Shown here in pieces: positions 12,966-26,389 of a stretch of DNA of 64,000 bases. How positions within the stretch are numbered: the stretch's first letter is position 1; the number at the start of each line of letters is the position of its first letter. The notes below the pieces were generated by a model that did no database searches, had not been told where the DNA came from, and saw only the letters and a program-made list of their open reading frames with translations. Location of the stretch: the NCBI GenBank assembly GCA_951406725.2, contig OX597820.1, positions 744,001 to 808,000 of the forward strand, written 5' to 3'. The position numbers were made by a program, and so were the translations under genes. Origin of the DNA: Octopus vulgaris. Taxonomy: Eukaryota.

Positions 12966-13535
12966 TTACACAACACCTACCAATCAAACTTATATTCAGA
13001 TCAGAGTTGATAGACCTTTCACAACAAAGGAGAGGAGGGGTCTTATCACATACATGGAAACTTGCATTCAATATATCATCATCATCATTTAACTTCCGCT
13101 TTCCATGCTGGCATGGGTTGGGCAGTTTGACTGAGAACTGGTAAGCCAGGTTCCAATCTGAGCTGGCAAGGTGTCTACAGCTGGATGCCTTTCCTAAAGC
13201 CAACCACTCTATAAATGTAGTGGGTGCATTTTATGTGATACCAGCATTGGCCAACGCTCATAAACTAAAAAACAACACTTTATTAGAAATAAACATAGGT
13301 GGTTGGCATTAGGAAGGGCATCCAGCTGTAGACACCTTGCCAGCTCAGATTGGAACCTGGCTCACCAGTTCTCAGTCAAACTGCCCAACCCATGCCAGCA
13401 TGGAAAGCGGAAGTTAAATGATGATGATGATATATTGAATGCAAGTTTCCATGTATGTGAAACCTCCCCTCCTTTGTTGTGAAAGGTCTATCAACTCTGA
13501 TCTGAATATAAGTTTGATTGGTAGGTGTTGTGTAA
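12966..13535. repeat. Local inverted duplication (~240-bp arms, ~90-bp spacer)
   Basis: 12966-13207 is the near-exact reverse complement of 13299-13535, including non-RTE flank. Confidence 0.9.
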
Positions 13536-13792
13536 TCTATGTCGACAGTGATGCCATTAAGGCTGTGTTGCAATGTTTTATTGTTTTAAATAAATGGACT
13601 TGTGACATCATTGCTGCTGTAAAGTGGCTGGCATTAGGATGGGCATCCAGCTGTAGAAACCTTGCCAAAGTAGATGTCGGTTCCAGATGAGCCTTGCACC
13701 TTAGGCCAACATGGAAAAAATGACATTTAATGACGTTGATGATGAATTTTTTCCTTGTTTTTGGAATATACATTTTTTTTTTGTTTTTCTAG

Positions 13793-13897
13793 GAAACTGT
13801 GATGGATCTAAATCAATTAGTTATGGACAAAATGGACTTTTTAGAGATTGATATCAACAAACCATCCAAACTTCAAGTGTTGCTCGTCCAGCTAAAG
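13793..13897 (+). CDS. FNBP4: FNBP4-like exon, conserved helical region before WW2
   Basis: Long T tract + ctag acceptor, AAG|gtaaat donor; ETVMDLNQLVMDKMDFLEIDINKPSKLQVLLVQLK resembles FNBP4 ...SKFEFLGI...FHVLLLQTE. Confidence 0.87.
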
Positions 13898-14141
13898 GTA
13901 AATACCCACTCAAAGATTTCAAGAACACTTTTTTTACAACTCCTTTTCCTTCATCCACCTTAGGTAGTATTATGTATTTAAAAGCCATCATTTACGTATC
14001 CCAAAAAAAAAAATGTTTTGCATGCATTCCTAGAATACTTCTTACTTCTTCTTGTATACCAAAGTACACTCTGTGGGTGTGTGGATTTTCAGAGATCTTT
14101 TAACACAAAATAGGTGTAACTTTAAATACCATTTCTCTTAA

Positions 14142-14365
14142 CCCATTAAGTTCCACTGTCCTATAAGTAGGACACTAAATGAAAACATTAAATAAGCTGT
14201 AATCACATTGTCTCAGTGTCCTATTTATAGGACACCGAGTATTTCCATTTCTACTTGAAGTAAAGGAGTTTTAATAATTATTTTTTTCATTTTAACCTAT
14301 TTTCAATCTTCCGTAAAAATTTAAAAGTAATATTCAGAAATTTAAGTACTCTGGGACTTAATGGG
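14142..14365. mobile_element. piggyBac-type MITE
   Basis: TTAA|CCCATTAAGT...ACTTAATGGG|TTAA; internal gtcctata...taggacac inverted motifs. Confidence 0.8.
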
Positions 14366-14889
14366 TTAATGATCTCAATTGCAGGTAGTTTGATTTTAGT
14401 GGCTATGTCATTGCTTGATGGACCCTACTGTAGATCTGCGGACATCTTTAGACGCCCCTACATAATGTATTTCACATCAATTAACCTTGTCGTCATGTCG
14501 TGTTCCCACTTTAGCAGGAATAGGTTAAAGGTCATCATGGCTGGATTCTTCCCTGGTGAACCAATAATGAACAACACAGAAAAAGAAGATTCCGTCCTTT
14601 AATTTGCCTGCAATCGTTAATCTGGAGCTGTAGATGAAACTTCTTTTTTTTTTTTTTTTTTTTGCTCGGGAGTGCAGGTGGAGGGTAAAGTTAGACACTC
14701 AGGTCGGTAAGGGTCAATTTATTTTAGCTTATCATAGTATCCCAATGCTATAAATAATTTTCACCTTATCCTGTGACGTTAGTACTAAGCTTACTCTTGA
14801 CATATATCCTATTATAATCTCCTAAAATAACAAAATGACTATTCAAGCCACTTTAAAAATTCCATTGCTTTTTCACAACTTATTTGCAG

Positions 14890-15023
14890 ACTCGTTCATC
14901 AGACTGGCAAGCTGGTGGTCTGTCAACCAGCTATTTCTTTGAAAGATTGCAGGAAGCTAATCAACAAATTATCCAATTTGAGAAAAGTGGAGCACCAACT
15001 GGTTGGTCCGTCTGTTGGGACAG
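14890..15023 (+). CDS. FNBP4: FNBP4-like exon with first half of WW domain 2
   Basis: tttgcag acceptor, AG|gtacgt donor; TRSSDWQAGGLSTSYFFERLQEANQQIIQFEKSGAPTGWSVCWDR resembles FNBP4 TRIADWREGAL...PKGWSCHWDR. Confidence 0.9.
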
Positions 15024-15771
15024 GTACGTCCATCTCTTCTTCTTGTTCTTCTTGGATATAACCTGTGGTAGTTTGCAAGTATGTTGCACATTGAGCTGCC
15101 TTAACCCATCTGACTGTGACTCTGTAGACAGGTGACAGATTTGACTGCTGAGAACAATAGCAACTGCCTGCTCTTGACAACGTTGGCAACCGCCTGTTCT
15201 CAACAATGCTCTCTGGTTCTCTTGTCAACTCCATTGCTGACGACTAATGTTGACATTTGCACTCAGAATCTATTGGACTTAAATGGCCCAATTCTTTGCT
15301 TGTCTTGGCTGATGTGAACGTTTAATGAAGGAGAGCAAAGGAGAACAATCTTATAAGCTAAAATAAGATGAGCGAAAGAGAGAGAGAGACGGATTAGAGC
15401 TAATGGAAAGAAATTGTGGAAATAAAGGATCCATTGGATTTCGGTAGAAGAAAGGAGTTTAATGACGAAAATCTTTTGGAAACCAAAGAACTGGAACTTT
15501 AGAAATTGTGACCTTCCCCCAGATAAGACAAGACCATTAAATGACTTAATTCGACATGATTTCAAACCTGGGCCAAGCTTATCTTGTGCAGCTGCTGAAA
15601 TGAAGATTTGTGTCTGACTGGTTTCAGCTTGGGTTTGGGTTTGGGTTTGTCTCCTTATCTCTCTGTGGATGTTTTGAAAGAAAGCAACCAGTGAGCATGG
15701 TAAAGAGACAAATAAGGAATGAGAGTGAAGAAGAACAAAGGGGAAGAGAGAGAGAGAGAGAAAAAAAGAAA

Positions 15772-15814
<43 letters not shown>

Positions 15815-16626
15815 TATATATATGTATATACATATGCAAAAATTGGGAGGAAAACAGCATTTACTACCAAGCAAGCAAGCTGGCTATTGATGGCAAATGA
15901 TGTTGAAGTAGCGGCATTCACTGCAGACCAGGTGATGTTGATGCTGGTTTTACTGGTGAGTTTAACTTTTGTTACCTTTGCTTCCTGCTATTAATCGAAA
16001 CTGTATTTCTCTTCTGTTTTCAGCTCTGATAATAACTTTTGTATTATTCTCTTTATTATCATTATTATTATTATTATAATGTTGTTGTTACATCACTGAT
16101 TATTAGTTCTATTTTTGCAGTCTGATGTCAGCAGTGTTTTCAAGACACAACATACACGTATTGCGCACACAAAAGTGAGATGTCTGTGTGAGGTGAATGT
16201 GTATATAAATGGTTGCTTTGGATGTACAAACCTGTTTTTATTCTAACCTTTTTTTTTCTCTCTCTCTTTCTCACTATGTTCTCCTTATTACAATCCAACT
16301 CGAGATATGTTTTAACCATTAATAAAGCCTTAAAACCTATCAAAATATTTTAAATGATAAATGTTTCCATCACCTACCCATTATACTTTTCTTTCTTCAT
16401 GCAAGTCCTTCAGTTTTTATAATTTTACAGTTAGATACTAGTCACTTATTTAGTTGAACAAGATCTCTATATCCACCCACAATTTTGCAGAATTCAATGA
16501 AAGACAAAAACTCTTATTGTATGTATTTTAACTGCTTAATATTAACATAATTTATTGTTTCTAGTTTTCCATCTGATTATTATAATATTTTTCATATCAA
16601 TAACTTCATCTTAATACAAAGGCTTA

Positions 16627-16800
16627 TTTGGAACAGTGAAGCTTGAAGTAGATAAAGCTATAAATAATAGCATGTAAATATTTGATTAAAAAACCTTTTT
16701 GGATAAAAAAAAAGTCAAAGGCTGGCCAATTTATTTTCTATCCAAAGGATTTATTTACTCAATATTTACAGGCTATTACTTCAAGCTTCACTGTTCCAAA
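16627..16800. repeat. Short fold-back (inverted repeat)
   Basis: tttggaacagtgaagcttgaagta ... tacttcaagcttcactgttccaaa. Confidence 0.8.
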
Positions 16801-17314
16801 GTAGAATTATTTCATGTTCTCTCAGAGTTTCTACAGTTCTTATGGCATCAACAACAAACGCTTATATTTTTTTCTTACGATGATTACACACAGTTGAGAG
16901 ACACAGTGGTTTGCTTTATGCTACCCAGTTCAGGAATTAACGCCAGGTCCAGCCTTGTCCATGAAGCTTTATTCCATCTCAACAACACAAATTGCCAAAC
17001 AGATTTATTTCAGCTTCAATTCAAGCTGAGACTGACTTTGCCTTTCATCTATCAGTGGTCAATATTAAAATCAATATTAATATATACAAGGATTGAATCA
17101 ATAAACTGTATCTCTCTCCTCCCTCCCCTGCATATTTAAATTTGTCACTGACAGTAGGTGGTCATATTGGATGGTCTTTGATCTCAGCTTTAGTGCTTCC
17201 TTTCCTCTTTATATTTTGAAATTGATTCAATTTAGTGATATTATTGTCTTATAAATTTTAGCTTTCTGCTAACATCAGAAAGAAACCATTATTATTATTA
17301 TTATCGGTAACGAT

Positions 17315-18000
17315 TCTGCAAGCTGGCAGAATCATTAGCATGCCAAGCAAAATGTTTAGTGGCATTTCGTCTGTCTTTACATTCTGAGTTCAAATTCCAC
17401 TGAGGTTGACTTTGCCTTTCATTCATTTGGGGTTGATTAAATAAGTACCAGTTATGTACTGGGGACGATGTAATTGATTAGTCCCTAAAATTTCAGGTCT
17501 TGTACCTTCAGTAGAAAGGATTATAAAAGCAGGGAGCTGGCACAATTGTTAGCATACTGGGTGAAATGTTCTGGGTTCAAATTCTGCCGAGGTCAACTTT
17601 GCTTTTCATCCCTTCGGAGTTGATAAATTAAGAATCAATTGAACAACTATGGTCGACGTAATCAACTCGCCCCCTCCCCCAAAATATCAGACCTTGTGCT
17701 CTTTGTAGAAAGGATCATTATTATTATTATTATTGTTATTATTATTATGTACTGAGGTCAATTTAATCAGCCAACACTCTCTTCTTAATTTTCTGGTTTT
17801 TGTTTATATTGTTATGCGGTGGCCAGCTGGCGGAATCTTTAGTGGATTGAACAAAATGATTAGCAGCATTTCTTCCAGCTCTTTACATGATGAGGTCAAC
17901 TACCATTGAGGTCAACTTTGTCATTCATCTTTTTGAACTGTTCCAATCAAGTAATCAACTGAACCCCACTTCCCCTAAAATTTCCTGGCTTTGTGCTAAT
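17315..18000 (+). mobile_element. Three tandem copies of a tRNA-derived SINE
   Basis: Each has gctggcagaatc...gttcaaattc...gaggtcaactttgcctttcatcc...ccccaaaatttcagg and (att)n tails; similar copies near 24780 and 39475. Confidence 0.7.
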
Positions 18001-20199
18001 ATTTAAAAACATTTTTTTATGTTCATTTTCTCGCCTTTAAATAGTTCATTCTTTTATTGATTCTGGTTCATCATTTATAGATATATATTATATATGGCCT
18101 AGTGGTTGGGCGTGTTGCCCTCACAATCATGAGGTTGTGGTTTCGATTCCCAGACCAGTTACATGTTGTGTTCTTGAATAAAACACATTATTTCATGTTG
18201 GTCCAGTCCACTCATCTGTAAATGGGTCACCCTCTGACAAACTAGCTTTCCAGTCAGGGGGAATGTTGGCCTGCTCGCTTAACCAGCAGGGTGGCATCAT
18301 TCTAAACCAAAGCTGATGCAAAGTGCATTTTGACCAGTGATGTACAATAATCAAAATAGTCTGGTCAGTCATGTGAGATTATATAAAGTGGATTTAGGTA
18401 TCTCGGTAATTTCTGAATGCTGTGTTGGCTCCATGACTCCATTGGTACCAAAAGACTCTTCTATGGACTGTGTCCACTAAAGCATTCTTCTGTGTGCGAT
18501 AAACATTGGCTATCTTTTGAGGACTTTTAACTGAACTCTATAGTTTTAGCTTCTGATTATCAAAAGTTCTTTAATTATAACCCAGATAGGATTATTTTCC
18601 CTTCACATATCTGATATCCTTGTTAGTGAGTCCGTCTCTGTCCATTTTCTGTGCTAGATTCCTCTCAGATAATACAACACACAGACACACACACACACTG
18701 AATAGTGGTTTTTGTCTCTCTGTACTTAAGAAAGAAATAATTATCTATTATTCCCACATTTCTATTCTATATTATCCTCTGTTTGATTTTAATCAGGAGT
18801 TCCATTGAATTTCCACTGACAGTGTCCATTTTAATTATGTATTTTTTTTCTTCTTCCAAAATATATCGATGCTTGTCCTGTGAGGTAAATCACTGAATTT
18901 CTTAGAATCTGCCTCCTCTTCTTTTTGAACAAGATTTCTAATTTAAAACGAATAGGAAAACTAATTAAAAGAGTTTGTTTTTAATCACAGGAAGTCTTTT
19001 CTGATAATCTCATAAATTAATGCTAGACACTGATTGAAACATACATGTGTTTTTTTATAATGATTTGAAAATTATTAAATTTATCAATTTATAATTTGAA
19101 TAGTTTCACACAGGGCTTTTTATTTGTTTGTTTGTTTGTCGTATGTCAGTATGGCATGGATAGTTGTTAAAATAGGGATGTTTGTATCAGATATCTTTTA
19201 GTGATTTTCTCTTCATTTACTTTTGATAATTGTGTCTTTAAAAACATAGTGTAAACCCATAACTCTTTTGATCAAGTACTTTTTATGCTTTTCTTTTTCT
19301 TTTTTTATTTTCATAGTTATCAATCTTAATTAAAATAAGAGCTATGTCTATATTTGAGTAGTTGACAATTTGCCAGTCAAATGGGTCACAGCTGCTTTTC
19401 TTTTACTGATTCTGTAATTATGAAAGATTGATACTGGGTTGTACTTTTCTAATCTACTTAGCTTTTATATTATATTTTTGCCTTTGTATAATGTATGTGT
19501 GTTGCCCTATTCTTGACCAAATAACAAAACAAGTTGAGTGCTTTTTTTTTGTTTGTTTGGTGAAAGTAAGATAATGTTTGAAAAAATGGATAAGTGATGT
19601 AATTTCTGCTGAATAAAGCATTTTTATAAAATACTTTTTATAAAAAGTATAAAAAGACTGTTTGTGTCATGTAAATAAGATAACTGTGAGGGAGGCAATT
19701 GTAGTTGTTAGAGCATGGGATAGCATGCCTTACATTGGTTCAGCTCTCGGTCCCTGCTTTACCATTCCAGACATTACTGATGTTACACATCCAGCAGAGC
19801 AAACTCACCTCGTTCCATTCTAGACATCAGTCATCCTTCACACTCAATCTCCATGTTTCACCACCATGTAGCATTGCTCTTTATGCAGCTATCATACAAT
19901 TTTTCTTTCACTTGGTGAAAGAATCCCTCTTTTTTCCAAGCAGAAATGAGTTCCCTGAACTTTTCCTGTCCCATTCTTACTGTGTTTTTGACACACCCTC
20001 TTCCATCATCATTTAACATCTGTTGTCCATGCTGGCATGGGTTGAATGGTTTGACTAGAGCTGGTCAGCTGGAAGGCTGCACCAGACTACAGTTTGGTTT
20101 GGCTTGGTTTCTATGGCTGGATGCCTTTCCTAATGCCAACCATGCTGAGAGTGTAATGGTTGCTTCTATGTGCCACTGGCATGACTGTGATTTTGCTTG

Positions 20200-20727
20200 A
20201 CTCGTCTACATAACAGAAATTATCAACTACTTTTAGACTAGTTGAAAGAATTTATATATATTAGTGACAGAGGCAGTACTACTACCAGGAGATAATATTT
20301 ATCACCACTGAGATGTGGATGTTCTGTTAGAACAAACTATACTGTGATAGATACCATGAGAGAAACTCTCATATTGGCTTTTGGTGCAAGATGCATGCTT
20401 GTTTATATCGCTAGCAGGAAGGTAAATTCCTGCCATCTTATTGACAAAACCAAGGAAGATTGAAATCACGTGATCTGGTGGTCTCGGTGCTGGAGATGCT
20501 GGCAATTTATCTCCCTGCTTGCAATGGAAATAAGAATGCATTTTGCACCAAAAAGCAAGATGCAAGTTTCTCTTGTGCCATCCACCACAGTATAGTTTGT
20601 TCTAACACAACTTCCACGCTTATGTGGGGGATAAATATTACCTCTCAGTAATTCCTTTGTCGCTAATATATATAAAGTCTTTCAAATACTCTGTAAGTAT
20701 TTGATAACTTCTGTTTTGTAGATGAGT
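20200..20727. mobile_element. Old ~530-bp fold-back/MITE-like imperfect palindrome
   Basis: The whole element is a diverged inverted repeat (e.g. ttagaacaaactatactgtg / cacagtatagtttgttctaa) centred near atcacgtgat (20465-20474). Confidence 0.75.
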
Positions 20728-23016
20728 TAATTAATTGAGATTTTGACGATGTGGTTGCTTATTTTTCGACTGACAGTTTGTGAGAGACTGGATCTGGTTT
20801 GTTTCATCATAAAACAGAACATTTTGGGCAGAATATAGCTGGATTAAATGTTAAAGAGTTAAGACTTGTTGATTCTATACCTTTCTTCTACATTTAGAAT
20901 TTCTTAATTCTTCACCAGAATCAGCCATTAGGACTAGGTTCCTCGCATTCTCTTCCATTTTTACTTAGGTGAGTCTCTTAGATTTTTATGGCTTTTATTT
21001 TTTTGTATCCTTTTATAAACCATGTCCCCTTTGTGGTTGGATTCTGGTCTGTTCCCATTTGGCTTTTACATTATATGTTGAGGGATCTTTTAGCTTCCGT
21101 ACCATCCTTCTCCAAATTATCTTGTGTTTCTGGGTCTGTCTGACTCTTACTCTGATGGTACTAGTACCAGTCTATGTTGAATGGTTCATTCATTCTTTGC
21201 TAGGAATATACATGTAGATAAATTTTTAGGGTCAACACTTGTGTTGAGGGTACTGCTGGAGCCTGTCTCCAAAGGCAGCAGGAGTTGGGTCTGTAAATAA
21301 AAGGAAATTAGTTTGACAAATTGAGTTGGTAAACTGGATGAAATGGTGTAAATAAAAGCCAAAGACAGGCTGTCTATAAATTAGCCGTGCATTCTCTGTT
21401 GAACAGCAAAACAAGTTGATTCCATGAAGGTTAAAGTGTAATTTATTCTCTGCCACCTAATTCTGTTCGTTCATCTGCTTTATATCAAAGTGGTTCATGC
21501 CCTCCACACTCATTCTCTCAACATAATGGCTCCTATGACTATCTTCTAGTTGTCCAAGAAATCAGAAACTAAAATTGTCTTTTGAAATTAGCCAATTCTA
21601 AAAAGCAAAATTAATTTTTCACATTCTGACCTTAAGGTGAAATCTATGTTAATTTTCAGTAAGATCTTATTCAAAATATTTATTTCTCCAGTTGGTTTCT
21701 GTTGAAATAATATTGGAGGCAGATTCTATCAAATTATTCAAGCAAGATGTTTTTTTTTCTTTCACATTATTAATTTTCCTTTACAGCTCTCTGCATATTT
21801 TCAGTCACATATTTTATTTCTTTTAATTATCATACTCAAATATTACTACCATGTTATTGTTGTATTTCTGTATCTTTTATATTGTACAGAAAACAGCAGA
21901 TCTAGCTGTATTTCTGTGTTTCTTTCTATATCTTTTATATTATATAGTAAACAGCAGCTCTAGCTGTGTTTCTCCTATTTTATGTGTCTATATTTCTTTT
22001 GCGCACCACAAAGTCTGCAGTTATCTCTGTGCTTCTTCCTTGGGAAACTAAAGCATTATCATGAAGCCTTATACGTTTCTCTTGATCATTATCAATAGGA
22101 CTTCAAAAGTGTAGATGTAGTTAGTCCGTGAGCCAAAGTATATTTTGTTTTTAAATATTGTAATATGTTGGTAGAGAGAAAGCATGACAACATACAATAA
22201 ATACATAATATATTGTGAAAAAAACAAAATTGCACAATTAATTTTGAACATTGTGACTTTGTGAAAGGTCATGCATGAAGTAAATATGCAGGGATATCAT
22301 TAAAATATATGTACATATTATTATTACTGAGATATCTCCAAATATAACTTCAGATAAGTTTCAACTGGCTTTGGTTCAGGCTATATTGTCTGCTATAGAG
22401 AAATATACCAAAGTTGTACATGGAACCAGTTGGATATATGTTTCAGTTTCTTTGTGCTTAATTTGGTTTGTGTTTGCCCACTTAGGTTAGATGGGTCTGT
22501 AGCTCTGACCTCACCACACTTTGCAGTACTTACTGTTCTTCCTCAGTAAGATAAGCACACTAAAAACTGCATAATATTTACTACATAATTGTAATATAAT
22601 ATATGCTAATTACTAAAGGGTTACATAAGTGCAGTAGAGAAAGGTTTAAGCACAAAACCTTTCTGCATGAGTTTTTCCCCAAATTTTTACTTGCTTGCTT
22701 TCAAAATATATATAAGAACACAAATTAGGTTTAAAATTTTCTGCAGTTGTTTCAGAATTGATGTAGTCTATGAACGCATCAATAAAATTCAACTGAAACA
22801 GATGTAAATTTTAAACCCCTTTAGTGTTCTTTTTATACCTACACCACACCAGGAACCGACCCTGAGTCGGATACACGGTTTATATTGGGTTTGGTACCTA
22901 CATACATACACACACACACATGATACCTCATGGTTGTTTTACCCCAATGTCATGGTACCTAGCCAATCCTAGCATCCTACTTGTGGATATCCCTAGATTC
23001 TAATGAATCTTGTAAC

Positions 23017-23059
<43 letters not shown>

Positions 23060-23674
23060 ATTTGGCAACAGTGGAAGTGGAGTTGTGTATTGAAACTTTG
23101 TTGTTTTGCCTCACATTCTGGATTGACCAGAACAGGATCAATCCCTTCCACATTTTGACCTTTACTGAGGTCAATACAATTTATCCTTGCCCCTTATGTC
23201 TTTTTTATTTTTCGTCTTCATAACATACCAGTTGAACAATTTATTAACCAGAGTAACTAATTGGATTATTGAATCGGCAAACCACTTTCCTCTTTCTCAT
23301 TGGGACTGCTACATGCACACACACACACACACACACACACTCCTCCTCATAATATTTGAATACGTTTCCCCCCATCCCCAATAGTGGGTGATTGTGGGGT
23401 GAAGTTTATAAGGAGAATGTCTGTCTGACCTCCTCCGCTTTTAATACGAGAGCTGGATCAGTTGTTCTGTGCCGTTGACTTACTCATCAAAATGGAGGCC
23501 GTATTGTTTTTCTGAAAGGTGAGTTTAGATTTTTCTTACCTCTTTGTCCTGAACATATCAATGCCTTTCTCTCTATCTCTCTTTCTCTCTGTTTTGCAAC
23601 ATCAAACTGTTTTAATCTCCTCCTCTATTTGATTTTCCCACAAATACCCCATCCCTTTCTATCTGTTTCTCAAC

Positions 23675-23916
23675 CAGGGCTGTGGAGTTGAAACAAAAAA
23701 CTGCAACAACTCCTCCTCCTCTATAAAATTGACTGTGGTCTCCATATCTCGTAAAGAATAGGCGTAAGCTTGTACTTTGAATAGGCCTCTATGTTATAAC
23801 TGGTTTATATTAAAGAAGAAAGATATTGTGAGTCAAAGTCGGTATAGTTTTACCGACTCTGACTCCAGCTACCCCTTAATTGTTTCCAACTCCATAACTC
23901 CAACTCCACAGCCCTG
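23675..23916. mobile_element. hAT-type MITE with 8-bp TSD, nested in the TIR of a second MITE (about 23662-24152)
   Basis: TIR CAGGGCTGTGGAGTTG / CAACTCCACAGCCCTG; TSD TTCTCAAC at 23667-23674 and 23917-23924. Confidence 0.85.
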
Positions 23917-25016
23917 TTCTCAACTAGGGTCCACTTGACCCTTGGGGTCCGTATAAGATTTAATTGTTAAAATTTATCTGCAATAAATTGGTTATGCTTC
24001 TATAGTACACAAACTATTTTTTTACACAATTCTTAATAATATATAATTCTAAAAATATAATAGGATTTTTTAAATATCAAATGGCTATGAGGGTCCACCC
24101 AAATAAAATACGAAACAAAGAGGACCATGGGGGGGAGGGGTGAGAACCACTGCTCTAAACACTGATATAAAAACTTAATGAATATGTAAAGAAAACATGG
24201 AAGCTTGTATGATTCCACGCTACCTTAATCTCTCCTCTGCCACATTTAATCTATTCAGGACAGATGGACATATCTTCTTGTCTTTATATGTAATTGAAAA
24301 GTTTGAATAATTTATTATGCAGGCTGGATACTTCTGTCCTCTTGCAGTGAATTCCTGTTTGATAGAGAGCTGCAGCGGTCCTTATGACCCTGCATGTGTA
24401 TCATTCACTGTAGGCCTCTCATGAAGATCTAGAATTCTCAGGCCACATTGCAGTACTTTTAGTATTTCTATATCACTGAGTTGGGTTCTTGAATTATGTC
24501 TTTCATAAAAGTAAATTCATCAAAATAAAAGTAGGAACTTATGCCAGATCGTTCCTGTACAAGGTTAAGTCAAACTAGTTGTGTAGGTAGAAATATTATC
24601 TGATAGGTAATGATTTCAAATCTGTTGTTGACATTTGTGTTCCTGAGCAGAATACTTTATTCTGCATTGTTTTAGTCTGTCTAGCTGTCAGAGGACTATG
24701 AGACATTTCGGCACAGCTGTTTTGGCACCACTAACTCAGTGCTGATTTATTCGACATCAGACGTTTTCACTTAGCGGCATTTTGTCCATCTCTCTGTTAT
24801 AAGTTCAAATTCTACCAAGGTTGACTTGGCCTTTCATCCTTTCAGGGTTGATAAAACAAGTACCAGCCATGTACAGGGGGTCAATGTAATTAATCAACTG
24901 GCCTCCTCCTGCCAAAATTTCAGGCCTTGTGTCTATAGCAGAAAGGCTATTTCTTTATACATGTCTGAGGAAAGAGAAAGTCTTTGTTAGTCATGTTCAA
25001 TTTATATAAATTGTAA

Positions 25017-25081
<65 letters not shown>

Positions 25082-26389
25082 CTCTCTCTCTCTCTCTCTC
25101 TATATATATTTTTTTTTTTTTTTTTGAACATGTGTACCTCTGTTCCTTCAGCACCAAAATACACTGTTGCCAGAAATGACCAGTCAGCTGTGTCAGATCA
25201 TCAGCATCCATGCAGCTGCACCAAATTGTCTCGTTCCAATGTCAGATGCAGGCGACAGATCATCTGCGAATGTCACCTGCAACAGATAACCATCCTATCT
25301 CATGAAAGATTTAGATTTACTTTATCCCATGAAACCAGAGTTAAAATTCACTCTCTCAACTGGTCTCTCTTGGGACCTCACAATCAGTATTGTTGTATAA
25401 GTTGGTCTATAAAAATGTCTGCATAACAAACAAGGGACAAGCTTCAAATCTAGAACAGCAGAGTTGCTATTGAGCTTCACTTTGGTCATTATGATGAAAT
25501 GTGAAGAACCATATTATATTGAAAACAATTTAGTTTCAGTCAGCCTGTTGTCAGGTTTCTTTAGGTTTGGTGATTGTATTAGCTTAGATGAATAGTAAGT
25601 AGAATTGAAATGCTTATACGTACCCACAATTATTCACTATCACAACTCAGTAATTTAGAGTTCAAATCCTGTTGAGATCATCTTACTCATTAACATGTCT
25701 CTTGTCCTCATTCCAAATATTTATGACATATATAAGATGGACATGTATACAACAGTGAGTATTTGATGTGGCAAACACCAAGAATTCAAGGTGTAAAACA
25801 CACACAAAACACAGAGCTAAAAGCTTTCAGGTAAAGTGATAGTATATCATATCATAATTGTTAAATTATACATTATAGAGTAATTAAAAACTAGTGCTCA
25901 TTTATCTCTACATGTTTTGCAAACAACTTGCAAGTGCTACCAGTTAAAAGCCTCGCATACTGAAAGCCAGCAAGTGTATGGGGTCATCAGGAGAGAATGC
26001 ACCCCGTTTTGGGGCTTACCTCTCTACGTTGTCATTGTGCACTGCACCCCCCCCCCCCCCACCACTGATATGAGGCCCTGCTTGCTAGATCAACTAGTTA
26101 TCCAATAAAGCTCAATATTCTTCTAGTCATTGCTCATAACCAAATCCAAGTAATGATAATGTGGTTGCTATTTTTTTTTTTTTTTTTTTTTTTTTTACAT
26201 ACCTTTAGTTTTGGGTGGGATATTGAGTTCTCCTTTCCTTCGATGCAAACTGTCAAATTTATCCCAGTCCTTACTCCATTTACATGGATACTCTGACAAG
26301 GATTTGGACTGGTTCTGTTTGACTCAAGTCAAGAATTCTGGTAACGTGCATTGCTTCTATGCATAATACAATATATTCACACACATACA

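Noticed and set aside
15263-15994. Overlapping ORFs in the long intron
   Set aside because: They are driven by GA/TA microsatellites and (GGGTTT) repeats and have no domain signal
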